Shown here in pieces: positions 36,047 to 47,923 of a stretch of DNA of 64,000 nt (positions are counted from its first letter, which is position 1; the number at the start of each line of letters is the position of its first letter). The stretch spans positions 1-64,000 of the forward strand of contig NW_027191469.1 of the NCBI RefSeq assembly GCF_011745625.1, in the 5' to 3' direction. The stretch comes from Cladosporium halotolerans (Eukaryota). The position numbers and the translations under genes were made by a program. Below the pieces are notes generated by a model. That model saw nothing but the letters and a program-made list of their open reading frames with translations, was not told the DNA's origin and did no database searches.

Positions 36047-39000
36047 TCACTCACCCCCACTGCTCCCACTGTCCTCATCCTCCTCGAGCACAATCCGTCT
36101 CAACACGCCCTTCTCAAACAAATCGATGACAAACCGCCATTGCTGCACACCAAACCGATGTCCACTCAGAACATCCAGCGCACGGCGGAAAAGTGCCTCG
36201 CTCGCGAAGCCCGGTGCTTTCTTGCGGTGTTTGAGCGCATTGAGCTCGCCGACGGCCTTATTGGTCAGCACTGAGTTGCCGAGCTTGACGATGGCTGCGA
36301 GAATGGCGGCGTTGGCAGGATCGGTAGCGCGGGAGTCCGTAGCGAGGACGAGGGGCTTAGGCTGCTGCTGATTGCTGCGAGTACGGGTGCGGGCGCGCGT
36401 GAGGCCCGTTGAGATGGATGCGGGCTTCGTGGTGGCGGTGCTGGCGAAGGGTTGGAGGGAGAAGAGCTTGTCGAAGTTGAGGGGAAGAGAGTATCCCAGG
36501 CTCTCGCCGAGGACGTTGACGGTGCCGTCCCAGCCATGTTCAGCAAGGATCTCTTGACCGTGTAGGCTTCGTGAGATTAGACCGAGGACGAAGAATGCTG
36601 TACCACGAAGGGTCATCACTTCGGAGGTCTCCGCGATTTGCACGATGTATTTGACAATGTCTGTGTTCTCGAGAAAAGGGGCACCGCGTTCCATCGAGCC
36701 CACATTGCCCACGGCCCAGAGGCAGCCCTTAACCTTGAGAATGGTCTCGCAGTCTTCGCTTTCTGTCGCGAAGTCTTGGATTGTAGCCGCGAACTCCTCG
36801 AAATGGCCCTTTGCCTTGAGCAGCTCGCAACCTTCTGCAGTTCGGGAAAGCTCACGGTAGAAGTGTGGCGGCACGTGGCCGTAGTCTGCAGGTTCCACGT
36901 TTTCTTCGAATGTCGATTGCGGCTTCTCCGGGATGTCTGCCAGAGCCCGCGCGAGTGATGCCTCAACCAGAGTAACGTAAGAGTCGTTGCGACCAAGGAA
37001 CCAGTCGTCCATCTCTTTTGTGATGTAATCGAGTCCATCCAGGTAGTGGTAGCCAACCGAGGTCGACAAAAACCGCAACAGCAACGGCGCGCCAATTTCG
37101 CCAAGGTGGTCAAGCGCCGGCCTGCATTTGACGACATACTCCAAAGATGTGATGTTGTTGCAAGCTTCCTCCAGAATTTTGATAGCTACTTCACAGACCT
37201 CGATCTCAGGATCATACAGCTGGCTGACCAGCAGCTTGATCGACCACTCTGCAGCGCCTCCACCGAGCGTCTGAGGTTCTATCGGCATCATGGCATACTT
37301 TCGCAGAATCTTCGTAGCGGCCTCGCGCATGCTTTTGGAGCCCGCAATCATTGCCTTTGCAAGGATGATGCGCGGGTGGCTGTCCAGTGTATAATCAAGG
37401 TTCGTGAGCAGAGTCATGATCAGATCGTCGCGGTCTTTAAGCTCGACGATGTGGTATAGCATGTTAATTATGCGCCAGCGCTCGAGAATTTGCAGGCCCT
37501 TGTTGTCGCTGCAGAGAACACCTAGGAAAGCGAAATATCCGCCAGCCAGCGTCTCCGATAGCCGTTCGGGCGAGAAGAGGGGAGCGGACGAGGTGATACC
37601 GCTCATTGGATCTTTCTGCGCCAGACATTCCGCGATTTGCGGAATTAGCTTGTTGTCCGCGAGATATTTTGCGCTATCTGGTGTTTGTAATAGCGTGCGT
37701 ACGAGCGCGCAGCCGGCACGAACGTAGCGTTGGTTCACCTTGGTGTTAGGAGCATCCGAGAAGCGAAACTTGAATGGTCGTAAGAAGCCAAGTAATCGAT
37801 GAACGAACTTTGTTATTCGAGTTGCTTCATCCAGGCGCTTTGGGTTTTGCATAGGTCCATCGATCAATGATTGGATGAGAGACCAGTTCCACTTGTTATA
37901 GTTGACAGTATTCAAGACGCCGGTGTCGAGCATCTTTTGTCTGAACTGTGCTTCGTCCATGCTGGCCTCAACCTGAGACTTGGAAGCAGCACGAGTCCGA
38001 GCTGCGGAACCGTCCTCCTTCGTCTGAATTTGCGATGCCTGCCCGGCTACAGACCGATAGAGAGTTCGATTTACCCGGTCAACCTCGTAGACTGTTGCTG
38101 TGGCTTGAACCCGCCCTTCGGTATCAAAATTGATGGCCGACGAGAAGAGACCCGGCATCACCTGAAGCTCTGCGCTCCATGAGCTGGGGAGAAGATCACC
38201 TGCCATCTTCAACACCTTTGCCAACAAGAGCGAGGTCTTCTTGCGTAGCTGAACAGTTGGCGAGCTGCGCTCGGCATGCATCAGCGCCCTGAGCAAGCCT
38301 TGTCGCAGCAAAATGGCCAGTGCCACAGCCACAAAATGTTCGACCAGATTGCGCTTGTGCGGCTCGTCTTCTGATCTTGCATTCTCTTGCTGCGTGACAT
38401 CGTCGGATCGGAGGTTGGTGACCCGGCCGTAAGTTGTCAATCGCCTGCCGCCAATGAACGAGCTGGCCCAAGACGGAAACTGTATCCGCAGAATGTCCGC
38501 AATTAAGTCTGTGGCTGCATTTCGCACGGATGCGGTCGAGATGTAAAGCGAAGAGACCACCGATCGTACAGGCAGAAAGTCATGTAAAGAAAGTGTCATC
38601 AGGCCTGACCAGCTTTTGAACATTCCGGCGATGACTCTTGCGCTCGCTTTCAGCTTTTCGTCATGCCCATGTGAGGAATGCGGTTCAGTGAAGGACGCAA
38701 ACGCAGTGCTGAATTCGAAGCCTGAACGCAACATGCCACGTCGAGCCGGAAGATCCATGAGATGCATGAAGGGGGTGATGAGCGTCTCTGGGGCGTGGTA
38801 TGCGCCATTTCCCATGGCCTCCGAGAGCACGCTTACACCACCTCCTTCAACTATGATCTCTGGGTCTTTGAGGAGGATTTCTGCCAAGGTCAGGATGGCG
38901 ATACTGCGTAGCTGATCGTCGGGGTGATCTGCGACAGCGACAAGCACGCGTATCACCGATGATCCGAGCTCTCTTGTGCCTCCTTTGACATCCAAAAATG

Positions 39001-39955
39001 CGCGCACGAATTTCAGTGCCTGCTCGCGCTCAACTCTCGCTTTGCTTTCTTTGACCAAAGACAAGATGACCAAGTAGTCGGTATGGAGTGAGCGGATCGT
39101 CTGCAGGGATTGCCGGTCGGTGATCGCATATCGCAAGAGCCGATAACCTGCCGCGACAACTTCCCTGTTATCGTTAAGCAGGAGCACTTGCATACGAAGA
39201 CCGAATATTGACCAAGCCAGGTCATATTTGAGTGTTGGATGTCGTTTGAACAGCTCCACCAGTTCATTTGCATGGTTGACGTAGTAATCGGAAGGAAGCT
39301 CTACCGCTTCGAGAGCTTGCAGGATCTCGGCGAGAATGTATGAAGGCGATTCGGAGTCCGGGTCATATTCAGCATCTCCAGTGTCCTGGAGCATAGTCTG
39401 GGTAGGCGGTGATCGGAGAGGCGCGGCTCTGAACAGCTGCGCGGACAGTCTTTCTTGAGGACTACTGGCAGGTTGTTCCTTACTCCGTTGTATCTCAGCG
39501 TTCAAATCCAGCTTCAGTTGTGCGATCTTCCGATTCGACGTATTCAGCTCGGACTCCACTACCCGCCTTTGCTCCCTGATATGCTTCTCCTTCTTGGTAT
39601 TCAGGGCCTCGAGCAGGTTTTCCGTGCCGATCTTGATCTTCGTCTCCTTCTCGATCTTGTCTCTGAACTCCGCCTGTCGCTGCTCGGTCGTTCCATTGCC
39701 CAGCGCGCTTCCATCTTCCAGTACACTAAAGCTGCCGACCTCATAGCGAGGGACATCAGGCCGAGAGATAGTCCCCTTCAACTCCGAGGTAAAACTTCCA
39801 GGCGGCGGACCAGTTCTCATGAAGGACTTTGCTGTCGCGAAGCTCGCCGCCGCAGAAGGCGCCCGGCCGTCCCTGCTCGGCCTTCCCGGTGGAGCCAGCG
39901 CATCGTTGGAGTGTGTGCCCGTGTTGGGACCCGTAGGACGAGGAGTAGGCGTCAT
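36047..39955 (-). CDS. AVO3: TORC2 subunit Rictor (Avo3/Ste20)
   Basis: HR1-like N-terminus (IEKETKIKIGTENLLEAL); VVAAGYRLLRY; EREQALKFVR; LLLRFLSTSVGY; VPPHFYREL; KGCLWAVGNVGS; LRGTAFFVLGLIS. Single exon, 1302 aa. Confidence 0.93.
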   Translation of the reverse strand: MTPTPRPTGPNTGTHSNDALAPPGRPSRDGRAPSAAASFATAKSFMRTGPPPGSFTSELKGTISRPDVPRYEVGSFSVLEDGSALGNGTTEQRQAEFRDKIEKETKIKIGTENLLEALNTKKEKHIREQRRVVESELNTSNRKIAQLKLDLNAEIQRSKEQPASSPQERLSAQLFRAAPLRSPPTQTMLQDTGDAEYDPDSESPSYILAEILQALEAVELPSDYYVNHANELVELFKRHPTLKYDLAWSIFGLRMQVLLLNDNREVVAAGYRLLRYAITDRQSLQTIRSLHTDYLVILSLVKESKARVEREQALKFVRAFLDVKGGTRELGSSVIRVLVAVADHPDDQLRSIAILTLAEILLKDPEIIVEGGGVSVLSEAMGNGAYHAPETLITPFMHLMDLPARRGMLRSGFEFSTAFASFTEPHSSHGHDEKLKASARVIAGMFKSWSGLMTLSLHDFLPVRSVVSSLYISTASVRNAATDLIADILRIQFPSWASSFIGGRRLTTYGRVTNLRSDDVTQQENARSEDEPHKRNLVEHFVAVALAILLRQGLLRALMHAERSSPTVQLRKKTSLLLAKVLKMAGDLLPSSWSAELQVMPGLFSSAINFDTEGRVQATATVYEVDRVNRTLYRSVAGQASQIQTKEDGSAARTRAASKSQVEASMDEAQFRQKMLDTGVLNTVNYNKWNWSLIQSLIDGPMQNPKRLDEATRITKFVHRLLGFLRPFKFRFSDAPNTKVNQRYVRAGCALVRTLLQTPDSAKYLADNKLIPQIAECLAQKDPMSGITSSAPLFSPERLSETLAGGYFAFLGVLCSDNKGLQILERWRIINMLYHIVELKDRDDLIMTLLTNLDYTLDSHPRIILAKAMIAGSKSMREAATKILRKYAMMPIEPQTLGGGAAEWSIKLLVSQLYDPEIEVCEVAIKILEEACNNITSLEYVVKCRPALDHLGEIGAPLLLRFLSTSVGYHYLDGLDYITKEMDDWFLGRNDSYVTLVEASLARALADIPEKPQSTFEENVEPADYGHVPPHFYRELSRTAEGCELLKAKGHFEEFAATIQDFATESEDCETILKVKGCLWAVGNVGSMERGAPFLENTDIVKYIVQIAETSEVMTLRGTAFFVLGLISRSLHGQEILAEHGWDGTVNVLGESLGYSLPLNFDKLFSLQPFASTATTKPASISTGLTRARTRTRSNQQQPKPLVLATDSRATDPANAAILAAIVKLGNSVLTNKAVGELNALKHRKKAPGFASEALFRRALDVLSGHRFGVQQWRFVIDLFEKGVLRRIVLEEDEDSGSSGGE

Positions 39956-40923
39956 CTAGAAACCGCGCGTATGCGCAGCTCACCGCCCGCACCAGAGGTC
40001 GCTGGCTGTCGGACGTCTGCGTGCATGGAGGACGCGGTCTCGGGCGCCGGCGGGCATGGGTGGGCGCGGCGATGTTTGTGAGGGAGTCTCAGGTCGCGCG
40101 GGTTTTCCAGGCGCTCGACGGTGCGCGCGGTCCGTTGGTCGTCGTCAATGTCGGCGTGATGGTTGCCGGACAGATCGGCGGTGCCGTCCAGAGTCTGGCT
40201 GTAGGATCGCAGCAATTGACGACACTGCTGCTAACGCTGCTAACCGGCCGTTTACCGTTGGACGTGGGAATGGCGCGCCGAGGGGTCGAGGGTCCGTGCG
40301 GGCTGCCATGCTTTCAACCAAGGCCCAATCCCTGCTGAAGTGTTCAGGTCCCTTGGTCATCAAACCTCACCTTGCCTCTGCCTTGTATCCGTTAGTCTTC
40401 TGAAGACGGAATGTCTTCAAATGGTCTGACCGCTTTCAGCAGGAGGTTGCCAGTGACAACCGGCATGCGTCCACCCAATCGCCTATGATCTGCCAGGGTA
40501 TTTGTGGCGCAAGCCACATGATGGATGGAGCGAAGGGTCAAGCCTGGTTCTCATTCGATCCGCATTGCACTTTGCCTGTGACAGTATATGTCTGGACAAC
40601 AATCGATAGAGTAATGATTGCCCCGCGCCCATTCCACAATGCTTTGGCTTGAGGGGAGTTTCCCCGTGACTTTATCGGTGATGGGCGTCATGCTTCGCCC
40701 CGACATCTGTTAGCAGAGGACAGCGTGACTAACCCTGTATATTTGCATGATGAGGCTATGCTCTTCAGCCGCATGCATCGCCCCAGCTTGACACAGCCTG
40801 ACGCTGAGGCTCACATGTTCAGCACGTCCGGTCAAGCAGCCTCGCCGTTCTGGCTAACAATAATACTTCACTTCGATTACTGACTCAAGCACCAACTGAA
40901 TTTGATCACTACTGAATACAAAA

Positions 40924-43347
40924 ATGTCTGGAGCAGAAGTCATGCTCGGCGTTGTGGCCGGTGGCGCGGGCCTCATGTCGCTCTCGATACAGCTGGCAGA
41001 GAGCTCGGTGAAACTCATGAAGCTCTATCACAGCATGAAAGGAGCTCCCGATACACTGAGGGAGATTGCCAGCGAGATTCACATCATGTCCATGAGCCTG
41101 GAGCATCTGGAACGACACCGCCAGGCAGAGGGCCACGGAGCAGACATCATGAAGCAATGCATCCAGCAATGCCGACTACACGTTGCCAAGATCGAAAAGG
41201 TGACCGAAAATCTGGATCGAAAGATAAAGCAGGCAAACTTCACGGCTCGACTGTATGCTACGTTCCGGGAATCGGAGCTGAAGGATCTTTTGGCTGATCT
41301 CGATCGTGCAAGAGCGGCTTTGCACCTGGCAGTGGAGATGTATCATGCAGAAGAGCGGGAGCGTCGGTGGAAAGCACAGCAGTTGAGCTCTACCAAGCAC
41401 AGCGATCAGATTGTGGCATTACAGCAAACTCTGGAAGCGTATCAAATCGGATTGCAGCATCAAATTGACCTGGCTGTTCAGAAGATGACGGATGGCCGAC
41501 GTCGTATAGAAGGCTTTGATGACTCTGCATCTCCATTCGAGGGGGGTGAAATACGAAAGAAGGCCAGGAGCCGAGACACGATCTACGAACGGGAAAAGAC
41601 TTTTCGCTACAAGTTTAAGCTTCCGGCTTGGTTCTGTTCTACAGTTTGGGAAATAGCGCAAGTTCACTCTCATGGTGGATGGGATCTATGCTTTCGGACT
41701 TGGAACGAGCGCGATGTGAATTCCCAAATATTTCGCCTCGCTCGAACTGGTGACCTAGATGGAGTGAAGACACTCATTCGCAAGGGGGAGGCGTCTTTCT
41801 TTGACGTCTGCGAAGGCGAAAATCTGCTATCGGTAGGTCTGAAGCCATCCATGTTTATCTCTTCCGGCTTCATGCGCAGTGGTTGATTTGAGCTCGCAGA
41901 TTTCCATCGATTCTCTCCGACCACACATCTGCCGGTGGCTACTTGAACAATATTCACGGACTGGGAGATCCATTACGGAATGGTCAGAGCCAGCGTCATG
42001 GAAGGCTTGGCTTTGGGATGAAGAAACCGCGTCAATCTTCCTTGAGGAATTCGATCTGTGCTGGAGCCTCGAAGAAAGCTACAAGATCTGGGCGATATTC
42101 ACCCTGTTCGGTTCCTACAGCGTAAGTACGAGCATCGTCTTCGCAAGATGTCTGCAGTGGAGAGGTTCCGCTTCGGTGCCTATACCTTTGAGGCAAGCGA
42201 CTCCGTGTCTGTATACACCGCAAAAATTGGTTTCGGGTTTGATGCCCCGAAGCTTGCGCGTCTGTTTGCAGATGATGGTACCACTGCACTGCATCACATT
42301 GCTGAAGCTCTATCGCGGCCTGATCAAATACATAGGGACGACTGGTTCCGTGCTGGCGTCGCTCTGATATCGAACTGCGCCTATCTTTCTCCTCTTAGAG
42401 AATTCTCAGATGGAACAATGACTCCATTGCTGCAGCTTCTTTTTGCATCATCGAATTCTCTCAAACCAATTCAAGAATGCCTGCGCAATTTGAAGATCTG
42501 GACTCGGATGCTGGCACAAGCAGACGTCAATGTGCAAGAATATTACAGAGGAGAGACAAATATTTGGTGCTTAAATGAGATGGATACAACTTGCAAAGTT
42601 CACGAGGACAAAAATCTGATGAGGCACCTACTGAGCATATCCTTTCAGCCAGACACGCAATGTCTTTTGGTCTCTTGGCAGAACGAAGTCAGGATCCCTC
42701 TCCTGTGCCTACACCATGCCCCCGGCACTTTTGATAGGGGGAAGTCTGTGTCAAGCGAAGTTTTCTGGGAACCAAGCATTGAGGACAACGAAGAAGGTCA
42801 TTGGCTGCAAACCGAATGGCTGCACCTGTACGGCCGTGTTTCCCATGAGAACGTCGACCTTGAAGCGTCCGATGTCGATGATGCTCCCGCGTATCACCAT
42901 GAAAGTCTTTTGTCGGAGACGCAAGACGACAACGGAGCTCTGACGAGAATGATCGCGCGCTCACGGACACGTCGCGGTCCGAGACCCAGATCTTCGAGTC
43001 AACCTGTCTTGACGCACGGGAGAGAGATCTACAGAGAGTACTGTTCGCCGACGCATGCCTGGATGCCGAACTACCATTTCTGCATCTCCAGATCCGCGTG
43101 GATCTTGAGCTGTCAGCCACACCAACATGGCCACAGCTGCCTTCACCGTCAGCATGAGTTTGATTACAGCACTCGCGACTTGAGATGCGACGTTACCGAT
43201 CTCAGAAGATGCGTCAAGGTTACAGCTTCATCGACTGACCGGAGTGAAGTCATGCATGACACGATATCTTACGATCCATTTGCAAGAATTGGTTCGTTTT
43301 CATTGTACGACATCGAAAATTGGCAGCGGATCTTCACACATTTCTGA
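40924..43347 (+). pseudogene. Fungal N-terminal helical (HeLo-like) domain protein with ankyrin-like segments; apparent frameshift near 42060-42150
   Basis: N-terminus LGVVAGGAGLMSLSIQLAESSVKL...KGAPDTLREIASEI. The intron at 41833-41899 leads into the 41879 frame, but the long C-terminal coding region is in the 42058 frame, and no frame-correcting intron was found. Confidence 0.55.
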
Positions 43348-43580
43348 CATCGAGGAATAGCATGGACGGTCTGTGCCGTAGACAAAGTACATAGTTATGG
43401 ACAGCACTGCTCCTCAAACTCTCAACTCGAACCTCTCTCTAGCGGGTTTCTTCAACATTGAGCAACCTTAACCTGATGACGAATGCTAAAACGATGAAAA
43501 CAGGACTTTGAAAATGAGGAATCGTCTATTGCAATACGCTAAAGCTCTCTCAATCCCGCACAACAACAAATCAGAACAGC

Positions 43581-44832
43581 CTAATCACTGTCGCCCCCAT
43601 AGGTCTCCTCATACTGCTCCTCATACTCCTCCCTCGCCTCCTCAATATCACTCTTATCGCCCTCCGCCAGCGCATCCTCGTAATCATTCCTCGCGTCCTG
43701 GACATCTTCCCTATCAGAACTTGAAACGCTCTCCCCATCAGCATCCTCAGGAGGAAGAACGGCAGGTGGCTGGTCATACGGGTCCGCCGGAGGCTGGTTG
43801 TAAGATGCGTACGGGTCGGCGGGAGGAGGCTGGGAGTAAGGGTCCGCGGGCGGCGCGCCGTAGGAGGCGTAGGGGTCTGCGGCGGGAGCTGGAGCAGGGG
43901 CCGGAGCGGCGGCCGGAGCGGCGGCGGCGGCATGCTTTTCGTCGTCGGAGTCGTCGTCTATGAAAAGTCAGTTTTAATGTCCAGCTGTGATATTCCGTGA
44001 TAGGGGAATACATACTCAGCTCATTCATCAACAGTGCACCACCAAGCGCGCCCGCCGCGGCGCCACCGGCACCATACAGCCACTTGTTGGAACTGCCGTC
44101 CTTCTTGTCCTTCTCTGCCGCGCGAGCGGCGTCCGAGCCCGCAGGAGGCGGTTGCTCGGAGCCGTGGGAGCCAGGCGGGTAATGAGGCTGGGCGCCGTAG
44201 CCGCCGATGGCAGCCTCACTAGGGGCCTCCCAGGTGGTGCGGCCGGTGGCGTGCTCGAGGTAGTACCAGCGCTGTGAACCCTGGTCGTACTGGGCGGTCC
44301 AGCCGGGCGGGCAGGGAGGTGCGCCGGGGGGCTGACCGAAGGGAGGAGGGGGAGGGGCACGGTTGTAGTCGCCTGGGGGAGCTCCGTAGGGGGACTGCTG
44401 GCCTGGAGGGGCGCCGTAGGGGTGCTGGCCGGGCGGGGGAGCTCCATAGGGGTTCTGCTGAGGAGCGCCGTATGGGTCGTGAGGGGCACCGTATGGCGAT
44501 TGACCAGGGGGAGCGCCGTATGGGGATTGAGCGGGTGGTGGTCCACCGTAGGGAGACTGAGATGGGGGAGGAGCACCGTACGGCGACTGGGAAGGAGGGG
44601 GAGGGCCGCCGTAGGGAGACTGTGCGGGAGGCGGAGCACCGTAGGGTGATTGTGAGGGAGGAGGACCAGAAGGTGGAGGACCGCCAGACGGTGGTTGGCC
44701 GTAGTAGGAGTCCGACTCGCCTCTCGTGCCGGTCTGCTGCTGGCCCTGGGAGGAATCCTTTGGCTTGTCGTCGTCGGAGAACTTGGCCTTGAGGCCATCG
44801 AACTCCTTGGTCAACTTGGAGAAGAACGACAT
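43581..44832 (-). CDS. Pro/Gly/Tyr-rich WW-domain protein with acidic tail; exons 44832-44016, 43957-43581
   Basis: WW domain PPGWTAQYDQGSQRWYYLEHATGRTTWEAP; tandem QSPYG(A/G)PPP repeats; in-frame GTATGT...CTGAC...TAG intron; ends EEYEEQYEETYGGDSD*. Confidence 0.88.
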
Positions 44833-45966
44833 GCTTGTTGTGTTCCTGGGTGGGAGATAGAGAAGGGGAAGATGAGAGAAACACTACAAATACCTACCGT
44901 AACAGCTTTCTTTATATTTATCGAGCCGGCCCCTCCGTCGATGCCCCTCGCCCCTCGTAGGCGGATGGAGACGACAGATGCGGGTCTCGTCGCCCTTGCG
45001 GGTGACGGCGCTACAGGGCGGCGTGGGCGGGTGGGGCGGCGGGCAGTTCAGCTTGCACCGTCATGCCGGCCAAGACGCGCGAGATGAGTCGGCGGCGACA
45101 CAGGCGAATTGCAGCGGCCGCGCCAAAGTGCCGCAGAAGCGTATTGACATGTCGAGCAGGTCGCCCAGAGCAGGCACATGTGCAGCGGGTGATCTTGGCC
45201 GCGGATCGTCTTTCGTGCAGACGGTGCAGTACGTAGAGCTTGCGTCGCCGGCGAGTGCGGCTTTTTCGTATCAAGGGCCAATCGCCGGCTGCTTGTGCTG
45301 CCTTAGCCGACGGGTGCAGGTCATCCTGCTGCCCTGGGTTCAGTTGGTGGCCTCATGAGCCTCATAGGGAGAGGCACGAGGGCCTCCAGGGCTAGCACAG
45401 GTCGGCCTCTGCCCTACGGTCCACGCTCGGCCGAGCAAACATGCACGGCTACCGGGACGCCGCAGCCTGCCAAGCGAAGCGAGCAAACGTGGCCTGGGCG
45501 GTGGGAGCAGTCCGTCCGTGATTCCACACCTGATGCGCTGTCCGAGCTCGTGCCCAGCGCTTTCTGAGACGTTCTATCGCCAGCGGAGCTCGAGGCGGGT
45601 TGATGGGGATGGCGGCAGGGTTAGAGATGAAGTCGGGGTTGCTGAGACGGCTGCCGTGTCGAAGAAAGGTTGCGGGAGGGCTACGGCTCGGCGAGCGGCG
45701 TAGTCTACCAATCATTTGCGTGAACGCGTATAAGACAGCCTGTGCTATGCTATAGCGCGCTCTGAACGTCGTCTGCGTGTTGCTTAAACTTCTGTCTGAG
45801 GATATCAAAGCGGCAGCAATCCTTCGGCGGTCTGTTGTGCCGAAGCGCCTTGTAGGGCGGCGCCTCGATGCAGCCCCAGCGGCTAAAGCTGCCTCGCGCA
45901 ATCTATCTATGCAGCTATTTTACCCTTTCAGTACAGCCAGCCCTAAATGCAGCGCCTGACTCGCAA

Positions 45967-47585
45967 CTATGCCACGACACCTTCCGATTTCAAGCTCGCG
46001 ATTTGTTCTGGGCTCATCCCCAGAACCTCGCCCAGCAGCTCATCTGTATGCTGGCCCAACGTCGGAGGTGGCGAGCGAATGCTAGGCTCTGAGAAAGAGA
46101 ACTTGACAGGCGGGCTGACCAGCTTCATAGGGCCGCAATCAGGGTGCTCGACCTCCGTGACCATGTTTCTGGCTTGCACTAAAAATATGTCAGCCAAGAG
46201 CTTAAAAGATAATTGGGTGTTGTTCTGTGAGCTCACCATGCTCATGCTCTAAGGTCTGCTTCACATCGTTGATCCTCGCATAAGGCATGCCGCAGCCCTC
46301 AAGCACATCCAGCCACTCATCCGTCGTTTTCGTGACAGTGATCGCCTCAATCACATCCTCCAGCTCGTCGCGATGCTTGACACGGTCCGCGTTGGTAACG
46401 TACTTGGGATCAGTCGCCCACTCCGGCTTCCCAAGCTTCTGGCAAAGGATGCCAAACAACCTATCATTGCCACCACCCAGCATGATATTGCCATCCTTCG
46501 TATTGAATCCCTTGTAAGGCACAATAGACGGGTGGGCAGTTCCCCAGCGACCAGAATCAGGCTTGCCGGAGATGAGGACAGACGAAGCCAAGTTGGCGAG
46601 CGTGGCCACTTGACAGTCGGCGAGAGAGACATCGATGCGCTGGCCTTTGCCTGTGCGAGCGCGTGTGAGGAGGGCGGCCATGATGGAATTGCTGGTGTAT
46701 AGCCCGGTCGTCAGGTCGGTGACCGCCACGCCGACCTTGGCAGGAGGGCCATCGCGGTGGCCAGTGATGTGCATGAGACCCATCTCTCTGCGATCCGGTC
46801 AGTACGAATGGACTTTGCTCGCTCAATGGCAGACGTACGCTTCCACCATGACATCGTAGCCTGCCTTCTTCCTTAAAGGACCAGTTTGCCCATAGCCGGT
46901 GATGCTTGCGTAGATGAGGCCGGGGTTGATCTTTGATAGCGTTTCGTAGTCCATGCCATACTTCTTCAGCGCGTCTGGGAGGTAGTTCTCCACCAACACG
47001 TCGCATTCTTTCGCGAGCTTGTGTAGGATCTGAACCCCAGAGTCGTGGGCGAATGACAAGCCCAAAGATTTCTTGTTTCGATTTACCTGATCGAGGTCAG
47101 TACAACTTGAGTCACCTGAGCATCTTCCACACTCACTGCCAAAAAATATGCGCTTTCGCCAGAGCCTTTCTTGTCGCTCTGCTCACTGTAGGTGGCGTAA
47201 GGCGGACCCCAAGCACGAGTATCGTCGCCGCGAGTCGGGTGCTCAATCTTAATGACATCGGCTCTTTTCAATATTAGTTCTCTGAGTTACAAAGATCGAT
47301 GGTACTACATCTGGTCTAGTTTTAAGCATACCCAAGGTCTCCAAGAATTTGTGTACAATATGGCTGCAAAAGGTTAGCTTGTGGAAGCAATTCTTATGCT
47401 TGAGTCTATCATACGCCTGCTAACACTCTGGTCATATCGAGAACCTTGACTCCCGCCAAAGGAAGCGTTGAAGTATCCCCGGCGTTGGCTGCTGTTGCCA
47501 TACATCTCCGGTGTGCGAGTGCGGGTTGATAGTGTTGGAGGATGCCTCTCTGGCTCAGAAGCCGAAGTGGGCGTTGAAAAGACAT
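45967..47585 (-). CDS. CoA-transferase family III (CaiB/BaiF; succinyl-CoA:glutarate CoA-transferase-like), probable mitochondrial presequence; multi-exon
   Basis: [53 protein letters not shown]...[14 protein letters not shown]; several canonical introns. Confidence 0.92.
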
Positions 47586-47783
47586 TGGAGTCATCGACTC
47601 GACAAGAATATGGTCCCAAACAAAGTCAACTGACAATCTGAGGGTGTACGCACAAATGATCTGAGAAGTTCATACGGTTATCGAGGTCCAATGTTCCGAC
47701 CTCCAATCGTGCCTCGGCATGACATTCGTCCCCAAGCGGCATCGGAGCACGGCGCCTGCAGCCGAAAACCGTCCCTGCATCAT

Positions 47784-47800
47784 ACCCTAACCCTAACCCT
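47784..47800 (+). promoter_or_regulatory. Perfect telomeric tract ACCCTAACCCTAACCCT (candidate Tbf1/telobox site) in the divergent CoA-transferase/RIB5 promoter
   Basis: 17-nt perfect CCCTAA periodicity between the ATG at 47585 (-) and the ATG at 47924 (+). Confidence 0.6.
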
Positions 47801-47923
47801 TCCGGGACCATCCTTAGCGCCTGACGCAGGTCCCAGACCCCACCAACAGTGACACAATCGACATCCTCGACGATCACCCACCACCTCCACCACCGCCCAC
47901 CCCTCCCAAGAACCCCCGCCAAC

